Positions 1-11,205 of a stretch of DNA of 64,000 nucleotides are shown in pieces (within the stretch, counting starts at the first letter, position 1; every line of letters starts with the position of its first letter). The stretch spans positions 224,001 through 288,000 of the forward strand of contig CAVXWP010000016.1 in assembly GCA_963765495.1 (NCBI GenBank), given 5' to 3'. This DNA comes from Blastocatellia bacterium. GTDB lineage: Bacteria > Acidobacteriota > Blastocatellia > UBA7656. The notes under the pieces are model-generated. The model saw nothing but the letters and a program-made list of their open reading frames with translations, was not told where the DNA came from and did not search any database. Both the position numbers and the translations under genes were made by a program.

Positions 1-224
1 GCCGAGATCGTCTTCTCCAACTCCTCAATGCCTGAAAGATCTACCGGAACGGATGCCTGCGCCTGAGCCAGCACTTCACGTGCTTCAAGCGGAGGCAGGC
101 TCTCAATCGGCGGCCCGCCTGAAGAATTCAAGACTTTCAAGAATGCCTTCACCCCGCTTGAAAGACGCGGATCAATTGCAACTTCCAATGGTTTTTCTCG
201 CTCTAAATTTGTTGTACTGCTCAT
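1..224 (-). CDS. Alpha/beta hydrolase (esterase/lipase-like), N-terminal part; runs off the window start
   Basis: Manual translation MSSTTNLEREKPLEVAIDPRLSSGVKAFLKVLNSSGGPPIESLPPLEAREVLAQAQ resembles an HSL-type esterase cap region; GGAGGG RBS upstream. Not in the ORF track. Confidence 0.6.
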   Translation of the reverse strand, partial: MSSTTNLEREKPLEVAIDPRLSSGVKAFLKVLNSSGGPPIESLPPLEAREVLAQAQASVPVDLSGIEELEKTIS

Positions 225-287
225 CATCCCTCCTTTTCTGTAAACAAGTTGTCGGATATTTTGCCTTCGCAGAGAGACTCATCTTTC

Positions 288-797
288 TCAAGAAGGCCGC
301 TTTAAGGTGACGTGCTCACGATGATCCGGTCGGCTGATGGCGACGACCGGCGGTGAAGTCAGAATGATGATTTGCGTGCGCGGGCTGACCGGCTTGATCT
401 GGCGGACCGCTTCGCCTGCTCCGATTCCAGGCATCATCAGATCCATTGACGCGACATCGGGCGCACATTCCTGACAAAGCGCCACCGCCTCTTCCCCTGA
501 CGAAGCCTCGACCACGATCTTGAATTCAGGTTGTGTAGCCAGGAAAGCTGGCAAGCCCTGCCGCACGACGAGATGATCATTCGCCATAATCACTCTGATC
601 TTTTCGATGGATGTGCCAGTATCTCGATCTACATCTGTTTCGCTTATCGGTTTATCATCCATTGAGAGATTCGACGTGGGTTCGGCCATTTGGCTCGCGC
701 CACAGTAGCGACAGTACCTGAAGTTTGCCGTTACCTCGCCGCCGCACGTGCGACAACTCCTGATCTCCAGCGTCGGCATCTGATCAAATGTGTTCAT
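288..797 (-). pseudogene. Zinc-ribbon domain fused to a truncated NarL-type receiver domain
   Basis: CRTC...CRYC, then IRVIMANDHLVVRQGL...MDLMMPG...IIILTS; similarity stops before the receiver Lys and there is no HTH. Confidence 0.5.
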
Positions 798-834
798 AAT
801 CCGCCTTCTGGGCTTTGCTCCGCATCCTGGCCTT

Positions 835-1599
835 TCAGCGATAACTTACGCCTGCGGCATGGGGCCGGTTGAGCCAGTCCTCGAAATGTGTCGAGCCGAT
901 GCGCGGGTTATCGCCGGGGGTGAGGCTGTGATCGTTCACCTCTAAGCCGAAGTAGAGCGCGTGGTCGTCTGTAATCACCCTCCGTTCGTCTCGGGTTGCG
1001 CTCAAGAATCGGCGGACGAATTCGTCGAGCTGTAGCCGGTCGGGGCCTGCCAGTTCGATTGTGCCGTTCAATGGTTCTGCGACTGCGACCTCGGCCAGTG
1101 CAGCAGCGACGTCATCTGATACGATGGGCTGGAAAAGGGCAGATGGCAACCGAACCGTTTGCCCGTCAGTTGCTGATTGAGCGATGGCGCTCGCGAACTC
1201 GAAGAATTGCGTTGCACGGATAATCGTATAGGGGATACCGGATGCCTTGATCAGGTTTTCTTGAGCCATTTTCGCGCGGAAGTAACCGCTCGCAAGAAGG
1301 CGATCAGTGCCGACAACCGACAGCGCAACGTGATGTCTCACGCCAGCGGCGTCCTCCGCGGCAAAGATGTTACGCCCTGCCGTCTCGAAAAACTCCAGAG
1401 ATTTGTCGTCAAAGGAAGGCGAGTTCGCCACGTCGACGACGACCTGAGCGCCCGTAAGCGCTTCAGCCAGCCCCTCACCGGTCAGGATATTGACGCCCGA
1501 GGAGGGTGATGCCGCCACGACCTCATTTCCTTGCTGACGAAGGTTTCTCACAACCTTTGTTCCGATAAGCCCGCTGCCGCCGATAACTACGATTTTCAT
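835..1599 (-). CDS. NAD(P)-binding atypical SDR / NmrA-like oxidoreductase
   Basis: MKIVVIGGSGLIG Rossmann motif, YFRAK, RATQFFEF. Confidence 0.9.
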   Translation of the reverse strand: MKIVVIGGSGLIGTKVVRNLRQQGNEVVAASPSSGVNILTGEGLAEALTGAQVVVDVANSPSFDDKSLEFFETAGRNIFAAEDAAGVRHHVALSVVGTDRLLASGYFRAKMAQENLIKASGIPYTIIRATQFFEFASAIAQSATDGQTVRLPSALFQPIVSDDVAAALAEVAVAEPLNGTIELAGPDRLQLDEFVRRFLSATRDERRVITDDHALYFGLEVNDHSLTPGDNPRIGSTHFEDWLNRPHAAGVSYR

Positions 1600-1652
1600 T
1601 TTTGTATCCTACCTTTCCTTTCAATTTCGGATGAGGCGGCTCGTACCGCCGC

Positions 1653-1964
1653 CTAACGTGATTGTTCTCTGTTAAGCCACTCCCTCAGAAAGGGGGGACA
1701 ATTTCTAAGCTCGATGCCTCTCATCTCGCACACTGCGAGGTAACTCACCACATCGCGATCAACGAGCGTGAGTTCGCTCAGATCAATTGATACTCGACCG
1801 CCTTCGCGCGCAATCAGTTCTTCGATTGTGCTCACGTGTTCTGATTGAATATGTCCGGCTACACGCAAGACGATTCTTCCTTCCTCACCAGCAAGCTGTT
1901 CGATTTTGCAAATCATTGGCATCGCCTGCCCAAACAACACACTGGCGCGGCTTGTATCCTCCAC
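1653..1964 (-). CDS. Small STAS-like protein (start may be downstream, at MPMICKI)
   Basis: IVLRVAGHI...IDLSELTLVDRD...LRNCPPFLREW pattern. Confidence 0.65.
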   Translation of the reverse strand: MEDTSRASVLFGQAMPMICKIEQLAGEEGRIVLRVAGHIQSEHVSTIEELIAREGGRVSIDLSELTLVDRDVVSYLAVCEMRGIELRNCPPFLREWLNREQSR

Positions 1965-1996
1965 AGTTGCATTCGCCAGCTTGCGCCATATGGATG

Positions 1997-2012
1997 TGCA
2001 AGTTGGAAGCCA
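1997..2012 (-). promoter_or_regulatory. Sigma54 (-24/-12) promoter
   Basis: Minus strand TGGC-TTCCAAC-TTGCA has exact consensus spacing and lies just downstream of a sigma54 activator gene. Confidence 0.7.
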
Positions 2013-2113
2013 TTCGCAAACTTTTGAAAAGAAAGAGGTGAGGGGTCAGAAGTCCTTTGTGAATTTCGTGAAAGTCGTGAAAACGGTGAATTACACGAGT
2101 CGCGGAGAAAGAC

Positions 2114-4990
2114 TCAACCGAGCTTGAAGCGTCGCTTGCTGATCTTCAGTTTCTTAATGCGAGAGTCGAGGGTTGAGGGCGGTATTCCAAGTCTGGCGGC
2201 TGCTCCTTTCGGCCCTGATACCCGCCCCCGGCATTCGGCGAGCGCGGCCTCAATGATCTGCCGTTCATCGTTGGAATCCTCGGTAGCAGCCTCGGGTGCC
2301 GCTTCCCACCTGGTCGGGTTGCTGGCCCGTGACAACCAGGATTCGTCTACGCAGAAGGTATCGTCAGAACAGACGATCACCGATCTTTCAACTACATTCT
2401 GCAACTCGCGGATGTTGCCCGGCCAGTCGTAGGTTTGAAATTGCTTCAGCGTTTGTTTGTCGATCTTTGTGAAACTCTTGCCCACTGCTCTTGCATAACG
2501 ATGGACAAAGTATTCAAGCAACATGGGCACATCTTCCCTGCGCTGTCGTAGCGGCGGTACCTCGATTGGAAACACGTTAAAACGATAGAAGAGGTCGGAG
2601 CGAAAAGTTCCCGCCGCGATGGAGGCTTCTAAGTTGCGATTCGTTGCGACGATGATGCGGACGTCTACCTTAATGCGATCTTTGCCGCCAACTCGCTCGA
2701 ATTCTCGCTCTTGCAGCGCTCTAAGAAGCGCGACTTGTGTATCTAGAGGCAATTCGCCGACTTCGTCAAGAAATATAGTCCCCTTGTCTGCCGATTCAAA
2801 CCGGCCAATTCGCCGCTGGACTGCGCCGGTGAATGCTCCCTTTTCGTGGCCAAATAACTCGGAAGCGATAAGCGAGGGGGCAAGCGCCGCGCAGTTCACG
2901 CTGACAAAGGCTCGCTGCGCGCGCGGAGACTGCTTATGAATGGCGCGTGCAATCAGTTCCTTCCCTGTGCCTGTCTCGCCGGTAATGAGAACGGTGGAAT
3001 TAGTCGGAGCAACCTTGGCGACACGTGACAGGAGGGCGTTCAAGGCTGGCGAAGAGCCTACGATCTCTTCGAACATCGAGACGCGATCCACCTCTTCCCG
3101 CAACGCCACGTTTTCCTTCTGAAGCTGATCCTTGAGCGCCTGAATCTCAGCAAACGCTCTTTCCAGCTTCTCCCGAGCCTGCACCTGTTCGGTGACTTCC
3201 ATCGTCGTTCCGACAATCTCGACGAGGTCGCCAGCTTCGTTCAAAACCGGATGGCCAATCGAGTGATTGTGCTTGATAGTGCCGTCGAGAAGAACGATTC
3301 GGTAGTCTGCTTTGTAGTCAATCTTGAGGGCCACGCTTCTTTCAAAGAGATCTTGAACCATCTTCCGATCTTCGGGATGAACCCGATCAAACCAGAACTC
3401 AAGATTGGACGTCTCCTCATCCGGCTTGATGTCGAATCGCTGCAATACTTCGGGCGAGACAGTAAATTTCCCGGACGTAGCATTGAATCTAAAGCTACCC
3501 GTTCGAGTCAGTGCCTGCATTTCCAGTAAATGGGCTTCGTTCTCGCGGAGCTTTTCCTCGACTTGTTTTCGCGCTTCGATATCGGCACGCAGGGCTTCCT
3601 CAGCCCGCTTTTGGTCCTCGACATCATTGAGCAAGAAGTACCATCGGATTATCCGGCCATTTTCATCCCGAAGCGGAAGACCTCGTACATTGAACCAGCG
3701 GTACCCGTGAACACCGAGTAGACGCTGAGCGATTTCGTAGGGAACTCCGGTTTCTATAGAGCGGCGCCACATTGCTAAGACGTGATCGCGATCATCGGGA
3801 TGGATGAGAGGCGCCCAATCTTTCAACTCTTCGGCAGTCTTGCCAAAGAAGTCTGAGATTGGCTGATTTACAAATTCGACCTCTCCGGCTGTATTCATGG
3901 TGGCGATCAGACCGGGAAGGCTGTCAATCATCAGGCGAAGGTTGTGTTCGCTTGCGCGGAGTACATCCTCGACGTGCTTGCGCTCGATACCCTGAGCGAT
4001 GCCATCAGCAATGAAAGCAAGGGTGTCGAGTGTGCTCTGCATCAGAACTTTCTTGGAGAACATGCCCATAACGCCAACAATCCGATCCTCAACAACAAGA
4101 GGATAGCCAGCAAAGGAGATCATCCCCTCATTCCTTGCCCACTCCTTGTTGTGAATCCGAGGATCGTTTGGGACATCATTAGTCAAATGGGCTTTTCTTT
4201 CTCGCGCAATGAGACCGATCTTAAATTGGCCAAAAGGGATTCGACTGTAAAGGCCATCCAGACGGGTGTACATCCCGGCGCTCGCCTGCAACTCCAAATA
4301 GAGCCCATCACCGTTAAGCGTCCAGATACGCGCAAAGGCCGCGTCAAGGTGGCGCACCATTGCTTCGGCGCATGCATGCAACATTTGATTCAAAGTATCT
4401 TTACGCGCCAGAGCCATACCGACTTCTACACGGACAGCATCAAGGCGCACGCGCTCTGCCATTGAATCAAGCAACGCTTGCTCTGCGCGCCTCTTGTCTT
4501 CGAGATCGGTGTTCGTTCCGTACCACTTGACGACCTTCCCGGATTCATCACACAGCGGATTTCCGCGAAAAAGAAACCACCGGTACTCCCCATCAAAGCG
4601 GCGAAAACGGCCCTCTACTTCAAACGCCTGCGCCAAATTTACGGCTTCCTGAAATACCCCCAACACCCGGGGAAGATCGTCGGGATGAATAGCAGTTTTC
4701 CATCTCCAGTCCAGAGCTTGTTCCTGGGTGAGGCCGGTGTATTCCAGCCAGCGCTGATTGAAGAAATCGACGGAGCCATCTGGACGAGCAGACCAGGCCA
4801 GGGTGGGGATGGTATCGACTACAAGGCAAATGTCCTGCAGGCGTTCAGGCTGGCCAGCGGAAGGCACCTGTGCTGTACATGCTTTAGCTTCCATAGGACC
4901 CCTCGCTCCCGATTGTAAAGCATTCCACAGGTGTGCATTGGTTTCAAGTTGCATCCGTCTATTAATTTTAGTCGCGTGCGAAACTACCAA
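2114..4990 (-). CDS. Sigma54-dependent enhancer-binding protein (PAS-GAF-PAS-PAS-AAA+-HTH)
   Basis: GETGTGKE, ELFGHEKGAFTGA, FLDEVGE, WPGNIREL, C-terminal Fis HTH; several PAS/PAC motifs. Start uncertain. Confidence 0.95.
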   Translation of the reverse strand: MVVSHATKINRRMQLETNAHLWNALQSGARGPMEAKACTAQVPSAGQPERLQDICLVVDTIPTLAWSARPDGSVDFFNQRWLEYTGLTQEQALDWRWKTAIHPDDLPRVLGVFQEAVNLAQAFEVEGRFRRFDGEYRWFLFRGNPLCDESGKVVKWYGTNTDLEDKRRAEQALLDSMAERVRLDAVRVEVGMALARKDTLNQMLHACAEAMVRHLDAAFARIWTLNGDGLYLELQASAGMYTRLDGLYSRIPFGQFKIGLIARERKAHLTNDVPNDPRIHNKEWARNEGMISFAGYPLVVEDRIVGVMGMFSKKVLMQSTLDTLAFIADGIAQGIERKHVEDVLRASEHNLRLMIDSLPGLIATMNTAGEVEFVNQPISDFFGKTAEELKDWAPLIHPDDRDHVLAMWRRSIETGVPYEIAQRLLGVHGYRWFNVRGLPLRDENGRIIRWYFLLNDVEDQKRAEEALRADIEARKQVEEKLRENEAHLLEMQALTRTGSFRFNATSGKFTVSPEVLQRFDIKPDEETSNLEFWFDRVHPEDRKMVQDLFERSVALKIDYKADYRIVLLDGTIKHNHSIGHPVLNEAGDLVEIVGTTMEVTEQVQAREKLERAFAEIQALKDQLQKENVALREEVDRVSMFEEIVGSSPALNALLSRVAKVAPTNSTVLITGETGTGKELIARAIHKQSPRAQRAFVSVNCAALAPSLIASELFGHEKGAFTGAVQRRIGRFESADKGTIFLDEVGELPLDTQVALLRALQEREFERVGGKDRIKVDVRIIVATNRNLEASIAAGTFRSDLFYRFNVFPIEVPPLRQRREDVPMLLEYFVHRYARAVGKSFTKIDKQTLKQFQTYDWPGNIRELQNVVERSVIVCSDDTFCVDESWLSRASNPTRWEAAPEAATEDSNDERQIIEAALAECRGRVSGPKGAAARLGIPPSTLDSRIKKLKISKRRFKLG

Positions 4991-5051
4991 AAGCTTTTAG
5001 ATATTCTATTGACCCGTTTGATGAAAATAGCGCGCGCGAAAAAGTGAATGA

Positions 5052-5080
5052 TTGACTGTGAAAATGGGCTGTGCTACTTT
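5052..5080 (+). promoter_or_regulatory. Putative sigma70 promoter
   Basis: TTGACT-N17-TACTTT just upstream of the ATG at 5090. Confidence 0.45.
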
Positions 5081-5089
5081 CGAGTAAAG

Positions 5090-5914
5090 ATGATAACCGG
5101 ATTTAACACCGACGTTCAGCACGAGGGATGCCTCTATCATGTGCAAACCGAAGATGGAGGCGAGGGACATCCCTTTCTTGAATCCCTTGTATATATCGGT
5201 GGAACGATTATCGCCAAAAAGAGCACGCCCTACACCGAACAGTTGAGCCGGGGCGCGACCGAAGAAGTAATCGCCGGGCTGCTCAAACGGCAGCATCAGG
5301 TGATTATAGCGGCGATAAAGGCCGGACGTATCGAAGATCTCGCCCGTCATTACTCGGCCAAAATGTCGGAGGCGGAAAAACCGCCGGTCGCAATTGTCGC
5401 TCCTCTTCTACCGTCGGCGGAATCACCCGGTCTGAGAGAGAGCGCAACCGCCGATTCACCCGCCCTTGACGCCCTGCCGAGAACGACCGAGATGCTTTCA
5501 TCCGCCGTTGCCGGCCCGGTAAGGCCCGCTGTGCCGCCCAAAGCACCGCGCGCCGGTAAGAGCGGCATGCTTGACCTCAACGAAGTCATAGCCGATTACC
5601 TGAAACGCAATTCCGAACAGGCCAGGCTCGACCTCAAGGTGCTTACACCGAGCGGTTTCACGGCCGGGAAGACAATCACCTTAAACGTCCAGGTCTTCTA
5701 CGGCGTAAACCCCGAATCGCAGGCCGTGGTCACGGTCAAAGTGATAGGCACGGCCTTTCGCCCACAGGTCTTTATGGGGCGGGCGGGCCACGACGGCATA
5801 GCCGGGTTCAACCTCACCCTGCCTTCGTTTAGCACCGGCACCGCCGCTATCGTCATCGAAGCGCAGTCGAGCCGGGGCCGGGGCGAGCTGAAGCACCTGA
5901 TCCGAAGAGCATAA
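5090..5914 (+). CDS. Conserved hypothetical protein (MITGFNTDV...YHVQTED N-terminus, Pro-rich linker, beta-rich C-terminal domain)
   Basis: Long ORF co-oriented with the thi genes; start placed at the MITGFN Met. Confidence 0.75.
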   Translation: MITGFNTDVQHEGCLYHVQTEDGGEGHPFLESLVYIGGTIIAKKSTPYTEQLSRGATEEVIAGLLKRQHQVIIAAIKAGRIEDLARHYSAKMSEAEKPPVAIVAPLLPSAESPGLRESATADSPALDALPRTTEMLSSAVAGPVRPAVPPKAPRAGKSGMLDLNEVIADYLKRNSEQARLDLKVLTPSGFTAGKTITLNVQVFYGVNPESQAVVTVKVIGTAFRPQVFMGRAGHDGIAGFNLTLPSFSTGTAAIVIEAQSSRGRGELKHLIRRA

Positions 5915-5958
5915 TCTGAATCTCCGCCTGAGTGTGCCGCGCCAAAGGAGGAACCCCC

Positions 5959-6165
5959 TTGACCATAATCGTGAATGGAGAAGAGACCGAAATAGCAGAA
6001 GGGCTGGCTGTAGCCGATCTGATAACATCACTCGACCTGAAACCCGAACGCCTCGCCGTCGAAGTGAACCGTAAAATAATCAGACGCGCCCGCTGGGACT
6101 CGACATCTCTTTCGGAAGGTGACAAAGTAGAGATTGTGCATTTCGTAGGCGGGGGCCGCACCTAG
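5959..6165 (+). CDS. thiS: Sulfur carrier protein ThiS
   Basis: IIVNGE...LAVEVN...DKVEIVHFVGGG; AGGAGG RBS before TTG; adjacent to thiG. Confidence 0.93.
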   Translation: MTIIVNGEETEIAEGLAVADLITSLDLKPERLAVEVNRKIIRRARWDSTSLSEGDKVEIVHFVGGGRT

Positions 6166-6209
6166 CGCCGTCGCGCATTTTATTTGCGACCGTTTGAAGG
6201 GCTTTATAA

Positions 6210-7004
6210 ATGGATTATCAAGTTTCTGACTCTTTCGTTATAGCCGGACGCGAGTTCAAATCGCGTTTGATTCTGGGCACTGGAAAATATGAGAGCTTCG
6301 ACCTGATGGTCAAATCGCTTGAAGCCTCGGGCACAGATATGGTTACGGTGGCCGTGCGCCGGGTCAATATCAGCGACCGTTCGAAAGAATCTCTGCTCGA
6401 TCACATCGACCCGAAAAAATATCATCTGCTTCCGAACACCGCCGGGTGTTACTCGGCCGAAGAGGCAGTTCGCACGGCGATGCTGGCGCGAGAGGCGCTC
6501 GATACACCCTGGGTCAAGCTTGAAGTCATAGGCGATGAGAAGACCCTCTTTCCCGATAACGAGGGATTGCTTTCGGCAACGCGCGAACTGGTGCGTGAAG
6601 GCTTCATCGTGTTGCCTTATCTGAACGACGATCTCATCGTCGCCCGCAGGCTGATCGATGCGGGCGCAGCTTGTATCATGCCGCTTGCGGCTCCAATCGG
6701 ATCGGGCCTCGGTATACAAAATTTCACAAACCTTCGCATACTCAGGGAGATGGTGCGCGAGGTGCCCCTGATCGTAGACGCGGGCGTAGGCACGGCATCC
6801 GACGCGACGCTTGCGATGGAGATGGGCGTTGACGGCATCCTGATGAACACAGGAATAGCGGGCGCTCGAAATCCCGTGGCGATGGGCGAAGCCATGAAGT
6901 GCGCCGTGCGCGCGGGCCGGCTCGCATATCTTGCGGGACGCATACCCAGAAAACTCTATGCTACGGCGTCGAGTCCCGTCGAAGGTTTGATCAGTAATTC
7001 GTGA
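6210..7004 (+). CDS. thiG: Thiazole synthase
   Basis: [41 protein letters not shown]. Confidence 0.97.
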   Translation: MDYQVSDSFVIAGREFKSRLILGTGKYESFDLMVKSLEASGTDMVTVAVRRVNISDRSKESLLDHIDPKKYHLLPNTAGCYSAEEAVRTAMLAREALDTPWVKLEVIGDEKTLFPDNEGLLSATRELVREGFIVLPYLNDDLIVARRLIDAGAACIMPLAAPIGSGLGIQNFTNLRILREMVREVPLIVDAGVGTASDATLAMEMGVDGILMNTGIAGARNPVAMGEAMKCAVRAGRLAYLAGRIPRKLYATASSPVEGLISNS

Positions 7005-7088
7005 TGCGTGATGCGTGACTTTAGAAGTAGCTGACCGATAACAGATACTCACCTGTCTGAAAACTACAGATCACGCATCACGCATCAG
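7000..7088. repeat. Intergenic inverted repeat built from TGATGCG heptamers
   Basis: GTGATGCGTGATGCGTGA...TCACGCATCACGCATCA; same family near 11100, 35450 and 50570. Confidence 0.75.
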
Positions 7089-7093
7089 ACGCT

Positions 7094-7726
7094 ATGGCTT
7101 GTGACACAAAGTTAGAAACCGATCTGCTTCGCTCGGGCCAAAAGCTTATCGCGGGTGCCGACGAAGTCGGGCGCGGCGCTCTGGCGGGCCCTGTGGTAGC
7201 CGCCGCGGTCATATTGAATCTGGAAGACGTGCCCGAGGGGATTAATGACTCCAAGAAGCTCTCCCGCGCCGCTCGCGAACGGCTGGTCATCGAAATCGAG
7301 CGCCGCGCGATCTCGTTTTTTGTCGCCCGCATAGAGCCCGATGAGATAGACCGCATAAACATTCACAGGGCATCGCTTCGGGCCATGGCCCTCGCAGTAA
7401 AAGCATTGCAACCCGGTCCGGCTTATGTTTTAATAGACGGCAAACATAAGCTCCCCCATTTGGACTGCCCCCAATCGGCCATTGTTAAAGGTGATAGCCT
7501 TTCGGTCTCAATCGCCGCAGCATCAATTTTGGCAAAGGTAGCGCGCGACCGCTGGATGAGCGAATATGATGACGAGTACCCCGGTTACGGTTTCCGAAGA
7601 CACGTCGGCTATGCCACGCGCCTGCATCAGGAGGCCATTGCCCGTCTCGGCCCGTCACTCATCCATCGAAGGAGTTTTCAAGGCGTGCGGTCCTATCAAC
7701 CCCTGCTTGATCTCGGCGTCGAATAA
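7094..7726 (+). CDS. rnhB: Ribonuclease HII
   Basis: GADEVGRGALAGPV, DSKKL, KGD...IAAASILAKV, HRRSF. Confidence 0.97.
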   Translation: MACDTKLETDLLRSGQKLIAGADEVGRGALAGPVVAAAVILNLEDVPEGINDSKKLSRAARERLVIEIERRAISFFVARIEPDEIDRINIHRASLRAMALAVKALQPGPAYVLIDGKHKLPHLDCPQSAIVKGDSLSVSIAAASILAKVARDRWMSEYDDEYPGYGFRRHVGYATRLHQEAIARLGPSLIHRRSFQGVRSYQPLLDLGVE

Positions 7727-7861
7727 CAGAGTGCTTATGTCGCTTATGATATGAATCATCGCAAGCCTCGGGCTTGCGCTCCCCGTACAATTTGAGCACC
7801 CCGCGACTGCCCCCAAGGCAAAGAGAAGAGGAGTCAGGAGGCCTTAGCCTCGGGAGGGCTT

Positions 7862-10800
7862 ATGTCCTTAAATAAGTCTAAATCTTTACGCACCGCAGAA
7901 AAATACGTCCTTCAAGGCAAGATACCGGCCGCAATTGATGAGTATCGCAAGGTTGTTGATGCCGATCCGGCCGATCTCACAACGATCAACACTTTAGGCG
8001 ACCTTTATGTGCGCGCGGGCAAAATACAGGATGCAATAAATAATTTCTCTCGTATCGCGGAGAGCTATCGCGAATCGGGCTTCACATTGAAGGCGATCGC
8101 AATGCTCAAGAAAATATCCAAGCTCGATCCTACAAATGTCGAGACCTCGATGAAGCTTGCGAATCTTTATTCGCAACAGGGTCTGCTTGTCGAAGCCCGT
8201 CAGCAATACCTACAGGTGGCCGACTCTTACGCGCGAGCCGGACAGACCAGAAAGGCGCTCGAAGCTTATCAAAAGATTGCCGACCTCGACCCGTCCAACA
8301 CAAGCGTGCGGATGAAGCTTGGAGAGATATATTCGCGCGAAGCGATGATGGATCAGGCGCACGAATCTTTCCTGACGGCGGGCGCGGAATTTCTGCGCAA
8401 AGGCGATATGGAACAGGCCCTCAATGCCAACCTCAAAGCCATCTCTATAAACCCCGAAAGCCGTCAGGGGCTTACGGCCATCGCCACCATCTACACACAG
8501 ATGGGTCAGGCCGACCGCGCCATCAACATACTCTGCGATGCATTCGAATCAAACCCCGGCGATGTGGAACTGCTGACCATACTCGGTCGCACATATCTCT
8601 CGGCCGGTTTGATGGATGAAGCGGAGCGAACCTTCCTGAGCCTCGTAGAACTCGACCGCAATCGCTATCACTACCTGCTTGAGGTAGGCCGAAAGTTTCT
8701 TGAGATGGGCGAGCTTGACCGCTCGGCCGAGCAGATAGACGGCTGCCTCGACGTGCTGATCGCAAAGCGGGAAGAGGACAAGGCAATAGACTTTCTCCGC
8801 CGCGTGCTCGACCGCGACATGAATCATATAGGCTCGCTCAAGAGAATGGGGCAGATTTTTCTGCGCATACGCGAAGACCATAACCTGATCGCCACGCTCA
8901 ATTCTCTGGTCGAAGCCTCGATGCGCAAGGGTGAGGACGCGGAAGCCATAGAGGCTCTCAAAGAGCTTGCGCGACTTGAGCCGGACGAGCCCATGCACAG
9001 GCAACGGCTCTACAACCTCGGGGTGCAGGATATAGTGGAAGGTGATTCGCCCGACGTAATCCGCGCCACCGGGCCGCTCGATTTTCAGTCCGCAGCTTTT
9101 GACGACACCTTCGTCATCCGGCAAATCTCTGAGGCCGAGATACTGGCCGGGCACGGACAGGTTGATCACGCCGTCACGATACTGCGCGAGATACTCAACC
9201 ACGCGCCGGAAAATGTTCAGGTCCACCTCAAGCTCAAGGATATATATCTGCGCGCGGGAATCATGGACAACGCCGCCTCGGAGTGTCTTGAACTGGCCCG
9301 CATACACGAAGCGCGAGGCGAGTCTGCCCGAGCGAGTGATTACCTGGCCGAGGCTCGTCAGCTCAACCCCTTGATTGATGAATCTTCTCTCACGGCTAAT
9401 AATCAGGTTGCCGGGTGGTCTGGCAATGACGCAAATAGCTTCCACTCAGCCAGCCACAATGATCCGTTTATGAATGATCTGCACGGGGAAGAATCGGATG
9501 AACAGGAACCCGAAGGATTCGATCTGGCCGGCTATCAGACCGGCTCGCTCGGGTCGGGCAGTTTCGTGACCGTCCCCGAAGACGCGGCTCACTCCAACGG
9601 ACACGGCGGGTCGGATTTCAACAGAGAGACCGGATCGGGAGCCTCCGGCAACCAGGTCTTCCGCTATAGCGACACTCTCATCGGCGGACGCGATGAAATG
9701 CCGGAGGGCACAAGCATGATAGCCGATATGGTGTTCAACTCGACGGGCAATCTGCCCTCCGACACCATGACGCGCGTGCTGCGCGATGAACTCGAAGGCG
9801 TAGACTTTTATATAGCTCAAGGCTATCTTGAGATCGCCGAAGACACCCTCAACAGATTGCGCGAAGAACACGGCGATCATCCTGAGATCATGTCTCGGTA
9901 TAAACATTTCGGTGTGCTCGCAAACCAGCCCGAGATATTTGAAAAAGAAGAGGTCAAACGGGAGGCGAACGAAGCGATCAAGCCTGCCCCGGCTCAAACG
10001 GATTCCGGGTCTTCCGGGTTCCAGACCGTTACAGGCGACACCGGCCAGACAGGCTTTAATTCTTTTGATCAGCAAGTGGCTATGGCGCTTGAAGACGAAC
10101 TTGAGGAAGAGGCAGGCCCGGGCGGATTCGAAATCAGCATTCCGCAATCGCCCGCTGAGAGCGAGCGAAAGCATTTCGCGCCTATGATGATAACCAAAGA
10201 ATCCGGCCTGCTTGACCCGGACTTGCTGGTCCAGGTTAACACCAGCGATCTGTCGAAAAGCAAAGTACCTGATATGAGCGAGCCGGTGAGTAAACCGGTC
10301 AGCGAGCCGGTTAGTGAACCGGTCAGCGAGCCGGTCAGCGAGCCTGTTAATAACAGGGCGCTCGACACAAGCGATTTGCTCAATGACACGGCTTTCGATC
10401 CGTTGAGAGCGCCGACCGGCGGTTTGCCCTCCATCCCTCATGCGCCTATGGGTACGGGCGATTTGATGGCAGCAATCGTATCCGATTTCGATTCCTCTTT
10501 CGACGCGATCAAGGGTGAATCCGGCATCTTGCCTTCTGACGATGAGACACCCGAAGCCGAACCCCTTCAGGCAACCGAGCAGATGGAAGAGGTTCTTAAG
10601 ACATCGGAAGCGACCGGGTTGCCCGCTGCGGAAGTGATCGGAGACGATTTACAGGAAATATTCGAAGAGTTGAGCGAAAACTCGACCGAGCTTGAAAGTC
10701 CGCTCGATTACGAAACCCATTACAGTCTTGGTCTCGCCTACAAAGACATGGACCTTTTCGACGAAGCGATAGAGCAATTTCAGCACGCCTTCCGCCTGGC

Positions 10801-11096
10801 AAAATTCGAAGAGGCCCACGCAAACTATATGCAGTGCTGTCATATGCTTGGCGTATGTTTCAATCGAAAGGCCATGCCGAAGGTGGCCATCATGTGGTTC
10901 CAGCGAGGCATGAGAGTGCCGGGCCGCACCGAAGACGAGTATCAGGCAATGAGATATGAAGTAGGCCCTGTGCCACGAGGCCATAGGCGATATTGATAAG
11001 GCGCTCGATATCTTCAGCGAGGTTTACGGCATAGATGTAAACTACAGGCTCGCGGGCGACAAGATAAAGCAGTTGCAGTCGTCAAAGGACGCATGA
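7862..11096 (+). CDS. Large TPR protein; +1 frameshift near 10966-10968 (as given it ends at 10996)
   Basis: N-terminal TPRs, acidic linker, C-terminal TPRs (ETHYSLGLAYKDM). Removing one C gives YEVGLCHEAIGDIDKALDIFSEVYGIDVNYR...stop at 11096. Confidence 0.85.
10277..10348 (+). repeat. 12-bp coding tandem repeat (SEPV/SKPV x6)
   Basis: AGCGAGCCGGTN units inside the TPR gene linker. Confidence 0.85.
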
Positions 11097-11202
11097 ATGA
11101 TAAGTGATGCGATCTGGCGTGATGAGTGATGCGTGATTTGCAGATGGTGCTAATATCTACTCTCCGGTTCACCTTCACGAATCACGCATCACTCATCACT
11201 TA
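11097..11202. repeat. Intergenic heptamer-based inverted repeat
   Basis: GTGATGAGTGATGCGTGATT...AATCACGCATCACTCATCAC. Confidence 0.75.
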
Positions 11203-11205
11203 TTT

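Noticed and set aside
5900-6210. TPP riboswitch near thiS/thiG
   Set aside because: The conserved GCTGAGA...GATAAT..CGxAGG pattern is not found, and the intergenic gaps are too short.
8549-10441. Long minus-strand ORFs (298 and 331 aa)
   Set aside because: They are antisense shadows of the TPR gene; the same applies to most nested ORFs in the track.
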